Assembly (NCBI GenBank): GCA_003971905.1
Contig: RSEE01000076.1
Coordinates: 124,001 to 188,000 of the forward strand
Source of the DNA: Moniliella sp. 'wahieum'
Taxonomy: Eukaryota
Direction of reading: 5' to 3'
Length of the DNA: 64,000 nucleotides
Position numbers and translations under genes: made by a program. Below are positions 1 to 14,193 of this stretch, piece after piece. The notes beneath the pieces were generated by a model that was not told the origin of the DNA, made no database searches, and saw only the letters and a list, made by a program, of their open reading frames with translations. The stretch's first letter is position 1, and each line of letters starts with the position of its first letter.

Positions 1-43
1 CTTGAAGACAGGGTGTTGGGGAGAGAAACTGGACTGCCGCTAA

Positions 44-1046
<1,003 letters not shown>

Positions 1047-1898
1047 AAAGTAACTAAGCCGGTTGTGAAAGGCTATTTTGGGGCTCCTCTTCTCATTCCC
1101 AATTGATGGCATGGTAAGACAAAGACAACAGCGCAAGCTGCTCTCAGATCCCACCATGGGTGTGATATACTAAGAGGATTGGGCGCATCTCAACACGCTA
1201 AAGAGGAAGGGGCATGTTAGTTGTCGTAGTCATCTCAGATAGATCCGCCATCCCTATTACTGTCCCAGCGGACTCATAGGATACGCTCAATGAACGTACT
1301 GAACGACGACTACTAGTACAGACGGCGGAAGAATGATGAAAAGCCCCACCACGCGCTCGCGCACACAAGTGGTGTTGGAGTGACTCGTAGCATCACATGT
1401 GACTTGCCAGCCTGAGAGCATTCTTTTACCTTCGCCAAAAGGTAGCCAGTGATTCTCAGATTTTGAACGTCTCGGCCTGTTTATGGTCATCATCTCGAAA
1501 TGGATCCATCATGCTCGATAGGGCACATTTTTCTCGAATCACAGCTACAACAATAGGATGGGATGGACTGCATCCTAAGGAAGGAAGAAAGATGGATCAC
1601 TTTCCAAGCATTCGTTTTCTTTTATGCTTCCGGCCTCATCCTACTACGCCATTGGATGCCAGCCTCGTGTCTTGTTTCTTGCTTCATTTGGATCGTCAAC
1701 GTCGTCAACTCTGTCAACAGGTAATACCTCAATGGTCCAACAAGCAGGAGGTGCGATGACACAGATGCATTGTATTCTCGTAGTAGGCACATATGCCTTC
1801 GTCTCCGTAGATATATATTATCAACACAGGATGTTGGAGGTAGATGAGGTCGATTAAGACCCGACCAAGACAGGGCCATGACAACGAGAGAGAGGAGT

Positions 1899-3897
1899 TT
1901 AGTACCCAAAGAGCTCTTCGTCCAATACAATCTCCTTGACCGACTTTTTCTGGCCGAGAAGGAGAGACAGATTCTCCCTCGCCGTCGCTGACGAGACAGC
2001 GTACGTAAAGGAAGCCGGGCCGCACGCCGACACGCTCACCGTCTGCAGCCCCATCTTCCTTTCACACAGCCCTTCACCAATCCGGCAGATCAGGACGCAT
2101 GGTGTGAAGGTTCCAGGCTGGTTGGGGCCCCAACCGGGTCCAGTCGACCTCCGTTTGCTCAGTAACAAACAGATCCAACTTGATCTCCACCCCATCTCCT
2201 CCAATGCGGCCACCCCCGTCGCCAACCCACTCCCCAGCCACGGAAGCAGATCCGTACTGCGCACAGCCCAGACCAGGTGCAGGCTACGAAGAGGAATCTT
2301 GCCATTGCGCCCCGCCTGTACTGCTTCCAACACGGTAGGCAGGATGCGGGTCATGCCCACCCGCCAGCCAAGAGGAGGGCAGGGGGTACTGCGCCACCCG
2401 TGCTGCTTCCCCATACGGACCATCAATCACCGCAGGCAAAACGATGGTTGAGGTGTGGGCTTCCATGCGATCTACCGGTAGATGCACCTTCGTATCAGAT
2501 TCAAACTCTTGCCCGTTTTCTTGTACGGGGGTGACGCAACGACCCCGGTTCGGCCAGACGACGGAGCAACCCCATCCGCTCTGCTACGTCGCCGTACCGT
2601 GAGGTTTGGAGGATGGCATCGTGGAGGAGCTTGGTCTGTCCATCGCGGACGCGAGCGACAAAGACCATCATGTTATCCCGTCCCCGCCCCGGGCAAGGGT
2701 GGTGATAGTAAAGGGGTGGGAGGTCAAGGGGTGCACGGGGGGAAGCGAACAAAGACGTGTTGCCCCGCCTGCCAAGAGAGGGGGGTTTGCACCGCAATTC
2801 GCAACACGCCTTCATCAGTCGCTTCCAGCGACGCGTCAAACGCACACCCAAACGTGCTCCCAATCATGATGCGAGACCACTTGAGCAGCGTGGAAAAGCC
2901 CCAGACGGCCACTGTGGCCCAGAGGTAGTCCCAGGAGTTGATGGAGTTGGCAGTGTGGATAAACATGAGGATCAAGATGCCAATCGTGCAGACAAGGTGC
3001 TGAAAGACAAAGAATTCGTAGTTTAGCCGTCGCACAAAAGACGCTTTTAACCATTGAAAACAAAGGGGATTTTGGGTCAGCGTCGCAAATTCCAGGCGCT
3101 GGAGTGAACCGGGGACGCGGACTTACTCGAAGTCAGCACCATCCACATCATGATGACGAGGCAAGCCACGCCAGAGGACCAAGTGGTATAGTCCGACGAG
3201 TAATCCTGCCTCAGGCCACCGGGAGCATCATCGTGCCCTGGCTGCCAAAGGAAGGGAATGGTGTGGACCCAGGAAAAGAACAGGACAATCCTGGCAAGCC
3301 ATTGGTGGTAGACCTGCCAATTTTCGTGCGACACGCCCAAGAGCCACGTGAAGGGGTTGACCTTGAGTGCCAGCCCAAAACCAGGGAAACATGGCGGTAG
3401 CCATCATTCCGCCTCGCACCGCAAGGGGGGGCGAGCCGACGAGACGGTTGCGCCAATAATAAGGGCGGGGACCGAAGCACATGCCCATCTCACCCACAAA
3501 GAAGGCGGCAATGAGCAGAATGGTAGCGAGGGAGGGCGAAGACCAAAGCGGCTCGGGGGAAGCGTTTGATAGGTTAGGCATCGCAGCGCAAGACCCGACC
3601 GCTGCCAGGGATGCGTAGGACGAAAGAGGCGTAGCGCTGCCCGCGCACGCCAGATCGGCGCACCCGCCGTAGCACGCCCATGGCCGCGGCGGCAAGAAAG
3701 ACCAATAAGCGTAGTCGTGTCTGCCTTCGGGGGTCAGTTCCCAGTCGGGGTTGCATGGGTGGGAGCAAGGTGCGTACCGCGAGCATATGGCCCTCGGCAT
3801 CCAGGACGGCATGCTCTTCGCCTTCTCGGCGGCGGTGGGCGTCCACGGGCCTGTCGGGGTGTCGTCGCCGCCATGGCGGGGGGGAGAGGAGAGACAT
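1899..3897 (-). CDS. Ferric/cupric reductase-like transmembrane protein (FRE/NOX family), split over several frames by indels
   Basis: Heme-ligating His helices YHQWLARI..WVHTIPF and RRLNYEFFVFQHLV; WQAGQHVFVRFP; FAD motif SHPFTIT (about 2701-2721); VIDGPYG; LHLVWAVR; SACGPASF; C-terminal ELFGY. The start ATG at 3897 is inferred. Confidence 0.9.
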
Positions 3898-5312
3898 GGC
3901 GGTGGATGGGAGGCAGGAGAAAGGGAGGGTTGTCCGCTGGGGGTATATTGCCCGGTGCACCGACACCCCCGTGCGTGACGGAGAGGAGGAGGCGGGGTGA
4001 GGCCTGAGGGGGGCGTGGACAGCACAGGGCACAGGGAGGAGGGAGAGAAGAAGCGGCTCGGAGGGTTCCGGCTCGGCGCGTTTTGGCCGGCAAACCGGAG
4101 CGTTTTGTGTCGCACGGGGGCAGTCTGTCTGTCTGCTGCACTTTTAGGCGAACCAGGCACGCGCCCACTCTTCGGCTGACGGGTTGGTCAGGCTTACAAG
4201 GGATTAATAAGGACGCCGTGCCCGCCTTGCGGAACCCGTGCTCGTCCGCCGCACTACCACGCAGCCAACGCACACTGACAGGGGCAGCAACGCCAGGCCA
4301 CGCCTGCAACGCCTCGCCTCGGTTGTCCACGAGGCTCTTGTTGTCTCCTTGAAAGGACGTGTACCTACCCGCCGAAGCATTCTTCCGGGGCTATTTTCGT
4401 ATGCTGCACCGTATATTTTCGAAGTATCACTCACAGCGTGAACACATGTGAACTCGGCCAGCATGAACATCCTAGGAACAAAAGCACATACCCACACACC
4501 AACTACTACTACAAGGGGATACTCGATAGTCGACAAGAGCTGACGAGATCCTGAGAACTGAGATGGGTCCGAGGGGCGCCAGCGGATCCTAATCTGCTGG
4601 CGGTTCCTCTGGTTTCCTAAACGGGTTTGGTGCCAACAAGCAACACCCGCCGGATGAGGAGGCCGGTTTAAGCGCAGCGCTTTGTCCCAGCCTTAAGCTC
4701 TGTCAATGATATGGTTACACTTGATGGCACACGGCTGATGTGTGGGTGTGAGCGTAGTAAAAAACCAATCTTCTCCCTCTTCACGGTGTCCTTTGCACGA
4801 GAATGATTTGCCCAGTGCCAGCAGGAGCGGGGCTCGTCCCAGTGGGACGGGGATGACAAGGACTTCTCCTTCGCGTTCAATACGTTCAGTCCCATGGGGG
4901 AAAGTGCTCCCAATGGCCTGTGTGGGAGACCTCTGCTTCTGGCCCAGCCAGGCATCGCTCTTCTTACTTAAGCCAAGCCTCACCACGTGATCGAAAGCAC
5001 TGCCTTCCACGTCACTCCTCTGTCCGCGGCAGCCACAAGCGACAACCCCCTCGAGAGGAGACCGGCCGGCGGAATCCCATTAGGTAATTCCGGCGCGCGG
5101 CCCAGTCGAACGAGAGAAAACAGAACGGGCACGAGGTGAGTATGCGACGCACACTGCCCCCCGACTGCACGGACATCACAAATACGCCGCAGCAGCAGGC
5201 TGGTGCCAGTAGGGTTCCGCTTCCTGCTCGACGAAGCCCACGCAGCGCATCTCCCCGTCGCATCTCCACACCAGCACCAGCACCAACACTCCTCCACCAC
5301 AACAACAGCAAG

Positions 5313-5445
5313 GTGAGTTCCTCCTACCCGGCCTCCCCCTCTATCTTCCGTCCCCCTCCCGCTTCTCCGCCCAGCGGATCGTGCTGGGTCGGTGTCCCCC
5401 CAAGACGTGCTCCCAGCAGCCGACTGACAGATTCGAAATGGACAG
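5313..5445 (+). other. Spliceosomal intron in the 5' UTR of RPS8, ending immediately before the ATG
   Basis: AG|GTGAGT donor at 5313, CTGAC branch site at 5424, acceptor CAG at 5443-5445 followed directly by ATG at 5446. Confidence 0.7.
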
Positions 5446-6062
5446 ATGGGTCTGACTCGGGCTTCGTGGTACAAGCGTTCGCACACGGGTGCGCGCGTGT
5501 GGTGCCTGCCAAAAAGCGTGCTCACCAGCTTGGCCGCCAGTCGGCCAACACGCGTATTGGCCCCAAGCGCATCCACCCCGTCCGCGTCCGTGGCGGGAAC
5601 ATCAAGCAGCGTGCGCTCCGCCTTGAGTCGGGCAACTTTGCTTGGGGTTCGGAGCACATCACCTCCAAGACCCGCATTCTCGGTGTCGTTTTCAACGCTT
5701 CGAACAACGAGTTGGTCCGCACCAAACACGCTGTCAAGAACGCCATCATTCAGGTTGACGCGACCCCCTTCCGTCAGGCCTACGAGAAGCACTACGGTGT
5801 GCCGGTGACGACCAAGAAGTCGTTCGCCAAGGAGGAGGAGCCCGTCAAGCAGTCCCGCAAGGTGCAAAAGAAGCTTGCGGAGCGCCAGCAGACCGCTGCC
5901 ATCTCGCCCATCCTTGAGCAGCAGTTTGGTGCCGGCCGCCTCTACGCTTGCATCTCGTCGCGCCCCGGTCAGTCGGGCCGCGCTGACGGCTACATTCTTG
6001 AGGGCGACGAGCTCGAGCACTACGTCCGTCGTCTTCGCTCGACCAAGAACAAGCACGCTTAA
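5446..6062 (+). CDS. RPS8: 40S ribosomal protein S8 (eS8); one apparent indel near 5500
   Basis: [16 protein letters not shown]...[48 protein letters not shown]...[24 protein letters not shown]. Confidence 0.97.
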
Positions 6063-9000
6063 AAAACCAGGGTGCGTGGCGTCCTAGGATACTCCTTTGC
6101 CTTGCTCTGCTCCCCGCCTTTTTCCTGTCACGGCGGCCATAGGCCTGCTTTTGTACCATCCCTTCCTCCTCTTCTCCCCTTGTACGTCGGTCCTTGGAGG
6201 GGGGCGGGACTCTCGACTCGACCCATCTGGGGTGCACTGGTCATGGTTGTCAACCAACCGTTAGCTTGATGTCAATCTATGCCCATCCATTCCAGCAGCT
6301 AGTTACTATGGGTAGCAGAAGGAAGTAGAGGGATGCGGATTTTATTTTCGAGAGTGAATGCATGGGAGAATGATCGAGAAAGGCTACCACGGGAGACTGC
6401 CAGTACGTGAGCCAGCTGAGAAGCTCACATGGCGCGTGGGGCAGAGGGCGGGAGAGCAAGGAGATCTCAGCAGATGCTCGCCTACTAAGATGTTCTTACC
6501 CAATAGAAAAAAGAATGGAGATACGGCAGCCTAGCAAAAACTGGAACAAAATAGCAAAATCGAGTATATTCATGTGGCGAAGGGGATTGACAGAAGCGGT
6601 TGACATAGGCCTAAAGGATTGTGATGGGCTTCAGCCAGCATACTATACCAGGCGCGATGGACGAGTTCATATGAAACCACAAGTGGCCATACACGATGTC
6701 CAATGGTTGTATGCAATTGATCCAAGTGATGAAGTGAAAGACCTCCAAATGAGAAATGAATTAGAAGGGTATTGGATACATGCATGGGGACTGAGGGGTT
6801 TGCGATTTGCTGTGAATTGTTTCAGGTATGGCTGTGGTTTGGCCAGCGCGTGGGGAAGAGAGCGAGGAAACATGAAGGAATTGAAGCTTATAGGAAGCTG
6901 CGATGGTAAAAACGACAAACCTTCTGGGATCCGATCCGATCTAACGCCCGAGATGTGCTGTTCACTGTTCTTAACAGAGTTCGCTCCCAAGCCCAACTTC
7001 GATATAGTAAAGCGGTCGTGCTATGTCTCGTGGACGGAGCGGCTGAGACGCCGTCGACTCTAGTACGTATCCGGGGTGAGTCGTCCCCTCTACTGTTAAT
7101 CGCTGTCCTGACCCACGTTTCGTCCCTGCTGGGGATGGATCACAGCTGGTCCTTTCGTTTGTTGTTTCCCGCCCCAGAAACGGTCACTGTAGTGGCGACT
7201 GCCCCCTCCAGTTCCATATTTATCTTCCATTCTCCCTCTACTGCGTAATTCTTCCCTTTAGTCTCCCTGAAAGCAACGGTTTGTCGTTTTCCACCACGAT
7301 CTGTTGACGTCTCGGTTCGCGAGAATCCTCGCACGATACAAGCAACTTCTGCTCTTCGTTACCTCTTCGACTACCTTACCATACAAAGCAGTTGCTTCTG
7401 TTTTACGCGAGGGACAGAGCTCGGTCACTGATTATCGAGCTTGAACGCTATTGGTGGGGTTCCGAAAGCTAGAGACGAGGTGTGCCTCTTAATTGATGCG
7501 TCGGTTCGCGTGGCAAGGTTGTGTATGCACCAGAACGAGCAAGACTAGCGTTCGTGTAGATGCAGAACCTTGAAGGATTAACTGGAAGGCGGACGCAGAC
7601 AAAGACAGGGTCGGACAGGTCCTGTCACAAACAACTCAATTCTTTTGTAGGATCGCGCGGGATCCGTACAGTGGAAAATGTAAGCTGGAGGGAGATCGAC
7701 GGCAATGGATGCCAGGCGCAGGGATTGGGAAGACCAAGAGGCGGCCGCTAAGCGTAAGCGGGTCGGCGGGACTGCTGGTGAGCTAGGGAGTAATGGGGTG
7801 TTGTCTGGTAGGTCAAGGATGGATTCGAAGGAGATGTTGCTGCAAAATGACCTATAGAGGAAGAACATACATAAGAAATGCTACATACAGACATGAACTT
7901 TAAGGGAGCAACATACAACGTAGAAAGAGGAAGGAATAAAGGCGAATGGATCACAATTAGTAAGGGGCACAGATCAAGCAGGGAAAGGATCCCAAGGAAC
8001 AGGAACAGCCAAATACGCAAAAAATCCAAAGTATTGTGCAGGTTCTCCGCCCTCAGCAAGAACGTAAAATGCATGAGGATAGTCTCTCACGACGAGAACG
8101 AGACGCCCACAGATCAGGAAATAGAGTCCGGATCCGGCAGCTCCAACTTAGTGCTCATTTGCCCTCAAGACCGAAGGCCAATTACCTGAAGTGGAAAAAT
8201 CAGTAGGGACTCAAGCTCACGCAGATCTCCTGAGGATAGAAGGAACTCGATCTTGGCCCGCCCAGAGCGAAGAAGAAGCATGTTCGGTTTAGGCCGTAAC
8301 GGATAGATGTGGGTTATTAGGCGAGCCATCTCAAGCTGAACCGTAACACTGATGGTCTGGCTCGCCACGATCGGACTGGGTTGGATTCCGGGGCGAGCTC
8401 TGGAATTGGGGTTATGGACACAACGGAGTGTATGGGAGTTGTTCATCGTTCAGACAAGCCATCACCTCTCCTTTACGTAAAACTGGGCTCTTGGCCACCA
8501 GCCGTTGCCGGTCACAGGCACCGTGCTCGATATCCTATACGGGGTGCTGGTACACCGACTTCTGTGTGATGTACACACTCCCGCGGGCATCGATCGGTGC
8601 GTCCCGTGCCCAACCACCTGGCAGTCATGAACTTGCGGGTATTGCGTTGTGGATATACAGTGGCAACTAGGAGATCAATGCGTATATGAATGGGGTTGAC
8701 GCCGTGCCGACTGACCCACTCAGATTCCACACTACGAAAGGGGGAAGAGGGGAGGGCACTTCGTTCATACTATTAATGCGCACAGATCATCCTCTCTTCT
8801 CGGGCTCCGTGGACTCTTTTCGTCAGCACCCCAAGGTGAAAGTGAAGAGCATACACATCCACATGTCCCCTATGATGGTCACCCATACTGGGTTCGTGAG
8901 TAACATCCGCCAAGTATTAGTTACTCTATTGTATTTCCTCTGTTGTATTCATCAGCTGTGCCTCTCTTAGTGCGGCAGTGGCAGTGTTTTCTCCTCTGGT

Positions 9001-9341
9001 ATACTATCAGCATTTGTGTTGAGACGTGCACAGACTTCTGACCTAGGCGGAAAGAGTTGATGCACCTGAGATGTGAGCTGTTTTCGCATCTGAGAACCCT
9101 CGCATGACTCTTTTTGCTGCTGTCTAGGATGGAGGGGGCCAATCCGAGGAGATGAAACTGAGAGAACAACTGTGATGAAGTTATAAAAGAGGGCAGCTGA
9201 CGTTCCACGCTTCTCCCTCCTATTGCTCCCTCTCTTTCGTCGACAAAACCAAGCCAACAACCCATCCACCACCCTATCTCGACTTAAACCCAACTCGAGC
9301 CACGAAAAGAGGACTTGTGCAAAACAATATATCCTCACCAA

Positions 9342-11158
9342 ATGATCCTTCTCCGTCTACCGTCTTGCATTGTCGCACAGATTCTTTCCAGCCCCCATGT
9401 GGAATTGAAAGATCTAACTGCACTAAGCAGGGCCAGCCAAGATCTCCACTGTTTGCTAGGTTCGGGAAGAAATGTGGATGAGCCAAAGAGCTGTTCCAAA
9501 GCCGCGAAAGATAATCGAGTGGCAAAAACAGAACACTCTTACTCCGATGATTCTCCTCCGTTGCCTCTTGAGATTGTCGCGCAGATCCTCTCTAGCCCCC
9601 TTGTGTCTGTCAAAGATTTAGCAACATTGAGCCAGGCCAGCCATTCTCTCAATCGTTTGCTCGACTCGGACGAGATTTGGAGCACACGCGCACACCAAAC
9701 TTTCGTTCCACCCGACACATCCCTGGAGGCAGTTCAAGAATCGTATTTTGGCGCTTATTTCCAAGGGGAGCAGGGTAACAACACTTAATCTGGATTCGCT
9801 GGATGTGCTGAGGACGCGGGATCTCCAAGTGGGCGAAGATGTTTGCGTTACTCGCAATACCTCTTCAGTTTTGCTCCGGAGGCAAAAGGTCAATTGTACC
9901 GGAGTGGTTCCAAGAAAGGGGTGTACACTGACCCAGTTCCTTTGCTTCAAGAGATGGCCTGCCTGCACTACACCAAGGCTGGGCTTGGGGGGGGGCTGCT
10001 GTGGTGTCCCCGGAAGCGAACCAGGAGGTGATCTGTTACGACCTGAAAAGTGGAAAACATCATCGTGCTTCATCCCTTTCTCAACGGGGGTAGAAGGGAG
10101 GGTGGCCACGTTTATCCATGATACCGGACGGGTGTACGTGACAACGGTGATGATTACTCTGGGGACTGGTGCATTGCGGGCACTTGACGTTGAGTATCGG
10201 AGCGCGATTCATTGTTTTTCGCGTAACGGAATCTGGCGATGGAAGGTGGAAGTCCCTTTGCTTGGGATTGATTTCCTACAGAAGAGGTTGACCACAGCCC
10301 CCTCCACCGGAAAAGACTGGAGGTATTTTTTCTTCAACGTCGTACGAGCCACCTGTTACAGCGTCGTGCAACGGCTGGGCTATGGCTAAGTGACAGTGAC
10401 GACAGCAGCGCGTACTGGCCGCCCGTTGGATTTGACACCATCCGGGAGAGGGGAGGAAGCACCCCCCTGGCTTATGTGAGGGAGGCCCTCAGTCTCTCCT
10501 CCCTACCTGAAACAATACTAGCCCACAAAAATATGCCTCAATCTGCGAAGTACACGGATCCGCTGGTTAGTATGGGCCTGGATAACAAGTACGGAGTTTT
10601 GGTGATTGCATATGCGGGGGGGCGAATTGTGCTGCTCAATCTGGACGACAGAAGCATGCGCTCGGTTTATGTCCATTGTTCTTTGACAGGAGATCAACTG
10701 CTCCTCGTTTATCTGTGGGTGATGATCGCGCTGTGTTGACCCTTGAAAGTCTCTGCATTGCTCAGGATTACTCGTTTGCGGGTGGTGCAACGTAGGTACG
10801 TGTCTACCCTTTGACGACCAGACGCTCGAACCTTCGAACTTTTGTGGTTGAGCAGGGGTACCTTTTCCTCCGTACCGTTGTACACGATCTTAAGGCGGAT
10901 GCATTGCCCATCGAGGATGCCAAGTGCACCTCGTCGGCAGTCTATTTGTTACAACGAGAGGGGGACGGCTTCCGGCTCCGAACCTACGACTTCGTTGCCA
11001 GCGCCAACTTACGGCTCAGCCCCTACCTCTGGGAGTGTACGCGGAGATGTACGAAAGCTAGTCGCAGAAGAGCTAAACATCTCCCGGATCCCATAAACAA
11101 TACGGTTGATGGTGGAACGTGGAACGTGGACACCGTTGTCGTCCCTTATGCCCTTTGA
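9342..11158 (+). CDS. F-box protein with two tandem F-box motifs and a fragmented, possibly beta-propeller-like C-terminus (gene or relic)
   Basis: LLRLPSCIVAQILSSPHVELKDLTALSRASQDLHCLL and LPLEIVAQILSSPLVSVKDLATLSQASHSLNRLLDSDEIW match the F-box consensus; TATAAAA near 9182; downstream ORF fragments 9748-11158 lie on the same strand. The 3' end is uncertain. Confidence 0.6.
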
Positions 11159-11828
11159 TGGCGAACTGGAGCGATATATTAGGCTATCAGCGGATCGAGA
11201 GATCTGCTGCTGGGGAAGGGTGCAGTGGGGATGATAGGCGTCGCTGCTGCTGCTTTATTTCTGCTCAACCGGTGGGTGGACATGGGTTCAAGGAACCGTG
11301 TGAGATGAAGTTAGTAGCATCTTCTCTATAGAAAACGTACTCGGGCATTGTTATAGTCATTGCAGTGACGCTACAGCGCGATTCGTTAGGTAACGGACAG
11401 TTTTATATTCTACCGCCACCACCTCCGACGGATCCTCCTGCCTTTCATGTCCCAGCGGCTCCATATCAAGTTGCCATCGACAAGTTGAGTGAGGATCACA
11501 CACACATTCCCACAGGATGTGGGTATGATCCTTGTTCTAGATCTTCCTTGCCCCCTTTGTGTCTCTTCCCCTCATCACGCGTCGTCTACCGTGTGATAGC
11601 TTCTCCTTCTCCTCTGGTATATAAGGCGCCATTCCATGCAGCCTGAATGAATACCTGTCGGCATCCGAAGCAATCTCCCTCTACATCGAGCGCCCGTGTG
11701 AGATCGAGGCGCGACAGCAGCGACGCGACGTGCACAGACACTACGGGCACACGCGGCGGAGGAGGCGGCGCCATTAAACGCATCGAGCGTCTCTTTCAGT
11801 ATCTGCAACTATGGAGGAAGACCCATTA

Positions 11829-11942
11829 CGATGACATGGGTTCGATTACCATTCGAGCCTCTCTTTTCCTCACTATTTTCCCTGGTCTGTGCCTTCTCAC
11901 ACAATGGCTATTTCCAAGCGGAGGCACTATACCGGCGAATAA
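11829..11942 (+). mobile_element. 5'-truncated copy of the tRNA-derived SINE-like repeat found at 32654
   Basis: CATGGGTTCGATT(A)CCATTCGAGCCTCTCTTTTCCTCA...TTTCCAAGCGGAGGCACTATACCGGC aligns with about 32693-32800. Confidence 0.7.
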
Positions 11943-12012
11943 TTCGATGACTGCGCAACGTGCCGAATAGTACCGATTCAAACCAAGATTTGGTTGATGC
12001 CGATGGCTTCTG

Positions 12013-12256
12013 TGCTAGAGGGTAGTGCTAGGGTTCACCTGCACTCTCTCCAATGGATCGGTGATGCTCGCTGGTTCGGGTGATTCGAACTTGCGTGGCC
12101 AACGCCACCCCTTGTCTGTTCCGACTTGCTTGCTTGACTCTTATCTTCTTCCCTTCAGCTTGCTTGAAGGACTTGTGGCTAACTGCCCTGCCTTCTTGCA
12201 CGCCTTGAAGCTTATCTCTCGTGCTGCCCATAGCGTTTCCCAGCTGCAGTCTAGCA
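12013..12256 (+). repeat. 5' LTR of Copia A (244 bp)
   Basis: TG...CA ends with a 6-bp terminal inverted repeat; near-identical to 23222-23561 except for a 95-bp block and one single-base indel. Confidence 0.95.
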
Positions 12257-12260
12257 GGTT

Positions 12261-14191
12261 ATGTCGCCCTTATCTTCTGCCTCTGCGCATTCTGCGCACC
12301 CGGTTTCCTCGCCTGATGACATTGTGGAAGCGTATGTTCGTCGTGGCGAGTTTAACCCCAACTCTCAAGACGGGATGGCTCCTGGCAAGACAGCGAAATG
12401 GCCGGCTTTTCGCATCAAGCACACGATTGGTGCTTGGTCTGGACTGAACACCATCCTGTGGGACGTTGACGTGGATGTCGCTGCCGATTTCATACAGGAC
12501 GTCATTCCTACCATTCGCCGCTGGGGTATCCCGGGGAAGGGCATAGCCTCCCCGGCCCCTGGTTCTGCAGTGGCCGACAAGGACTCTATTGTGGCTGATA
12601 TCATTACCGACTACAATAAGGGCCATGGTGGCGAAAACTTCTTGCTCACACCGACCGACTTCTATGTTGCCTACGTCTTTTATACCAAGTCTCATCGCTT
12701 CTCCACCTTTGAGGACTTGCAGAAGGCAATCTTTCGCCATCTCAAGGCAGTGCGTAATGCTTGGAAACTGTACGAGGACAATAAGGCTTCCAAACATCGT
12801 GTTGCTCAGAAGCGTCGTGCCATGCGCGACATGCTCCTCGACCCAGAGGACCCAGCTCCAACTACCGAATCTGACGATGAACTTCAGCTTCTGACCGCTC
12901 GAGTCAGTACTGAGTCAGTGCACCGTATCGACCTGTTGGGCACCCCGAAAGGTTCTGTTCCGACTGACAGTGGTATGGCTTTTGCTCATGACCCGTCGGC
13001 TGCTTTGCCGTCGGTGACCGTCCCTTCTGTGGAGCGTATCAGCGAGCGGGCCCCGTCTGCTCGCACGGTGACTATCGAGGAGCACCAAGTGGGTGGATGC
13101 ACGCGTCTAGTCCAGGGACACATGAATTTCGATGTTATGACATTGGCGAAGCGTATGACGCGTGCTTTTGCTTCCTCGCCTCTGACACCTCTGGTGCATG
13201 GTCCCGAGCAAAATGACCCGTTGGCTGTTCTTCGCTGGCTGCAGGGCCTCCGTACTCGTTTGGCCATCATTTATCACGACTTTGCTTCGATCTTGGCCGG
13301 AACAATGAGGTGCCGCCGGGGGTGCACTCTCAGATCGTTGCGCAACTGATGACGCTGGTGTCGCCTGCCCTCGCGTCCTACATTTCGCGCCTCGCGACCA
13401 CAACGTCTCCCGGGATTCTTGACTCGGTTCCGGACTTCTTGTCGTGCTTGTTCGCGGAAGTACGTCTTTCTACGCCCAGCGTCTCTGAACTACAGCTGTC
13501 GGTGCACCAGACGGAATGGGATCCCAATGCAGAACCGGCTTCTAAGGCCCTGACGCGCTGGCTCGATTCCATCCAACTTCTGACCCTCTTGGGGTACTCC
13601 ACCTGGGACCCTGCACGTGTGATGTCCAGTTTGGAAGCCCTTTTCCGGCGTGGTGATTCGTATCGGCCGCTGATTTTCGCGGGGCTACCTCCCGGACAGC
13701 GTGTGACCGTGGCACACGTCAATTCTGTCTTGGGGGACTTGCAGTCGTTGGCCCGGGCCAACTTCGTCATGGAATCTAACCGGATTGCGTCCATCTCGGT
13801 ACCTACGGTTGAATCTTTGGCTGTTGATGTCTCTACCCCTCCCGTTAATTCGGGGACCACGGGACTGCTTGGGAACGCAGACATGTCTATGGCAGCGCAG
13901 CTACGAGCGATGGGGGTTGCGGCTGTCTGCTGGAATTGCCGCCAGCCTGGACATATCGCTGCCAACTGCCCGGCGCCGCGTCAGGACAACCGCATTTCTA
14001 CCCGTGGTACGTCAGGATGGAATCGCACCCTCCCTGGGGCAGGACGGAACACGAATACCCACCGTGCGCCCCCACAGCAGCATGCTGTTGCGCGTGTGCT
14101 TCAAGCCTTGGCGCACGGCTTAACGGTAATGGACCTCTCCGTCTCAGAGGAGGATGGGCAGCCTGCCGCGGGGTTTGATGATATCGAATAG
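12261..14191 (+). CDS. Gag of Copia A (one frameshift near 13310-13349), ending in TAG
   Basis: The ATG lies within the PBS; CCHC zinc knuckle CWNCRQPGHIAANC near 13928-13970; TAG at 14189-14191. Confidence 0.8.
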
Positions 14192-14193
14192 GG

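Noticed and set aside
4980..6056. 358-aa minus-strand ORF and similar long antisense ORFs (for example 44247-45251 and 13378-13965)
   Set aside because: These are shadow frames opposite recognised GC-rich genes.
11349..11836. Additional solo LTR (TGTTATAG start, TATATAA near 11618)
   Set aside because: No matching TSD, clear CA end or second copy could be found.
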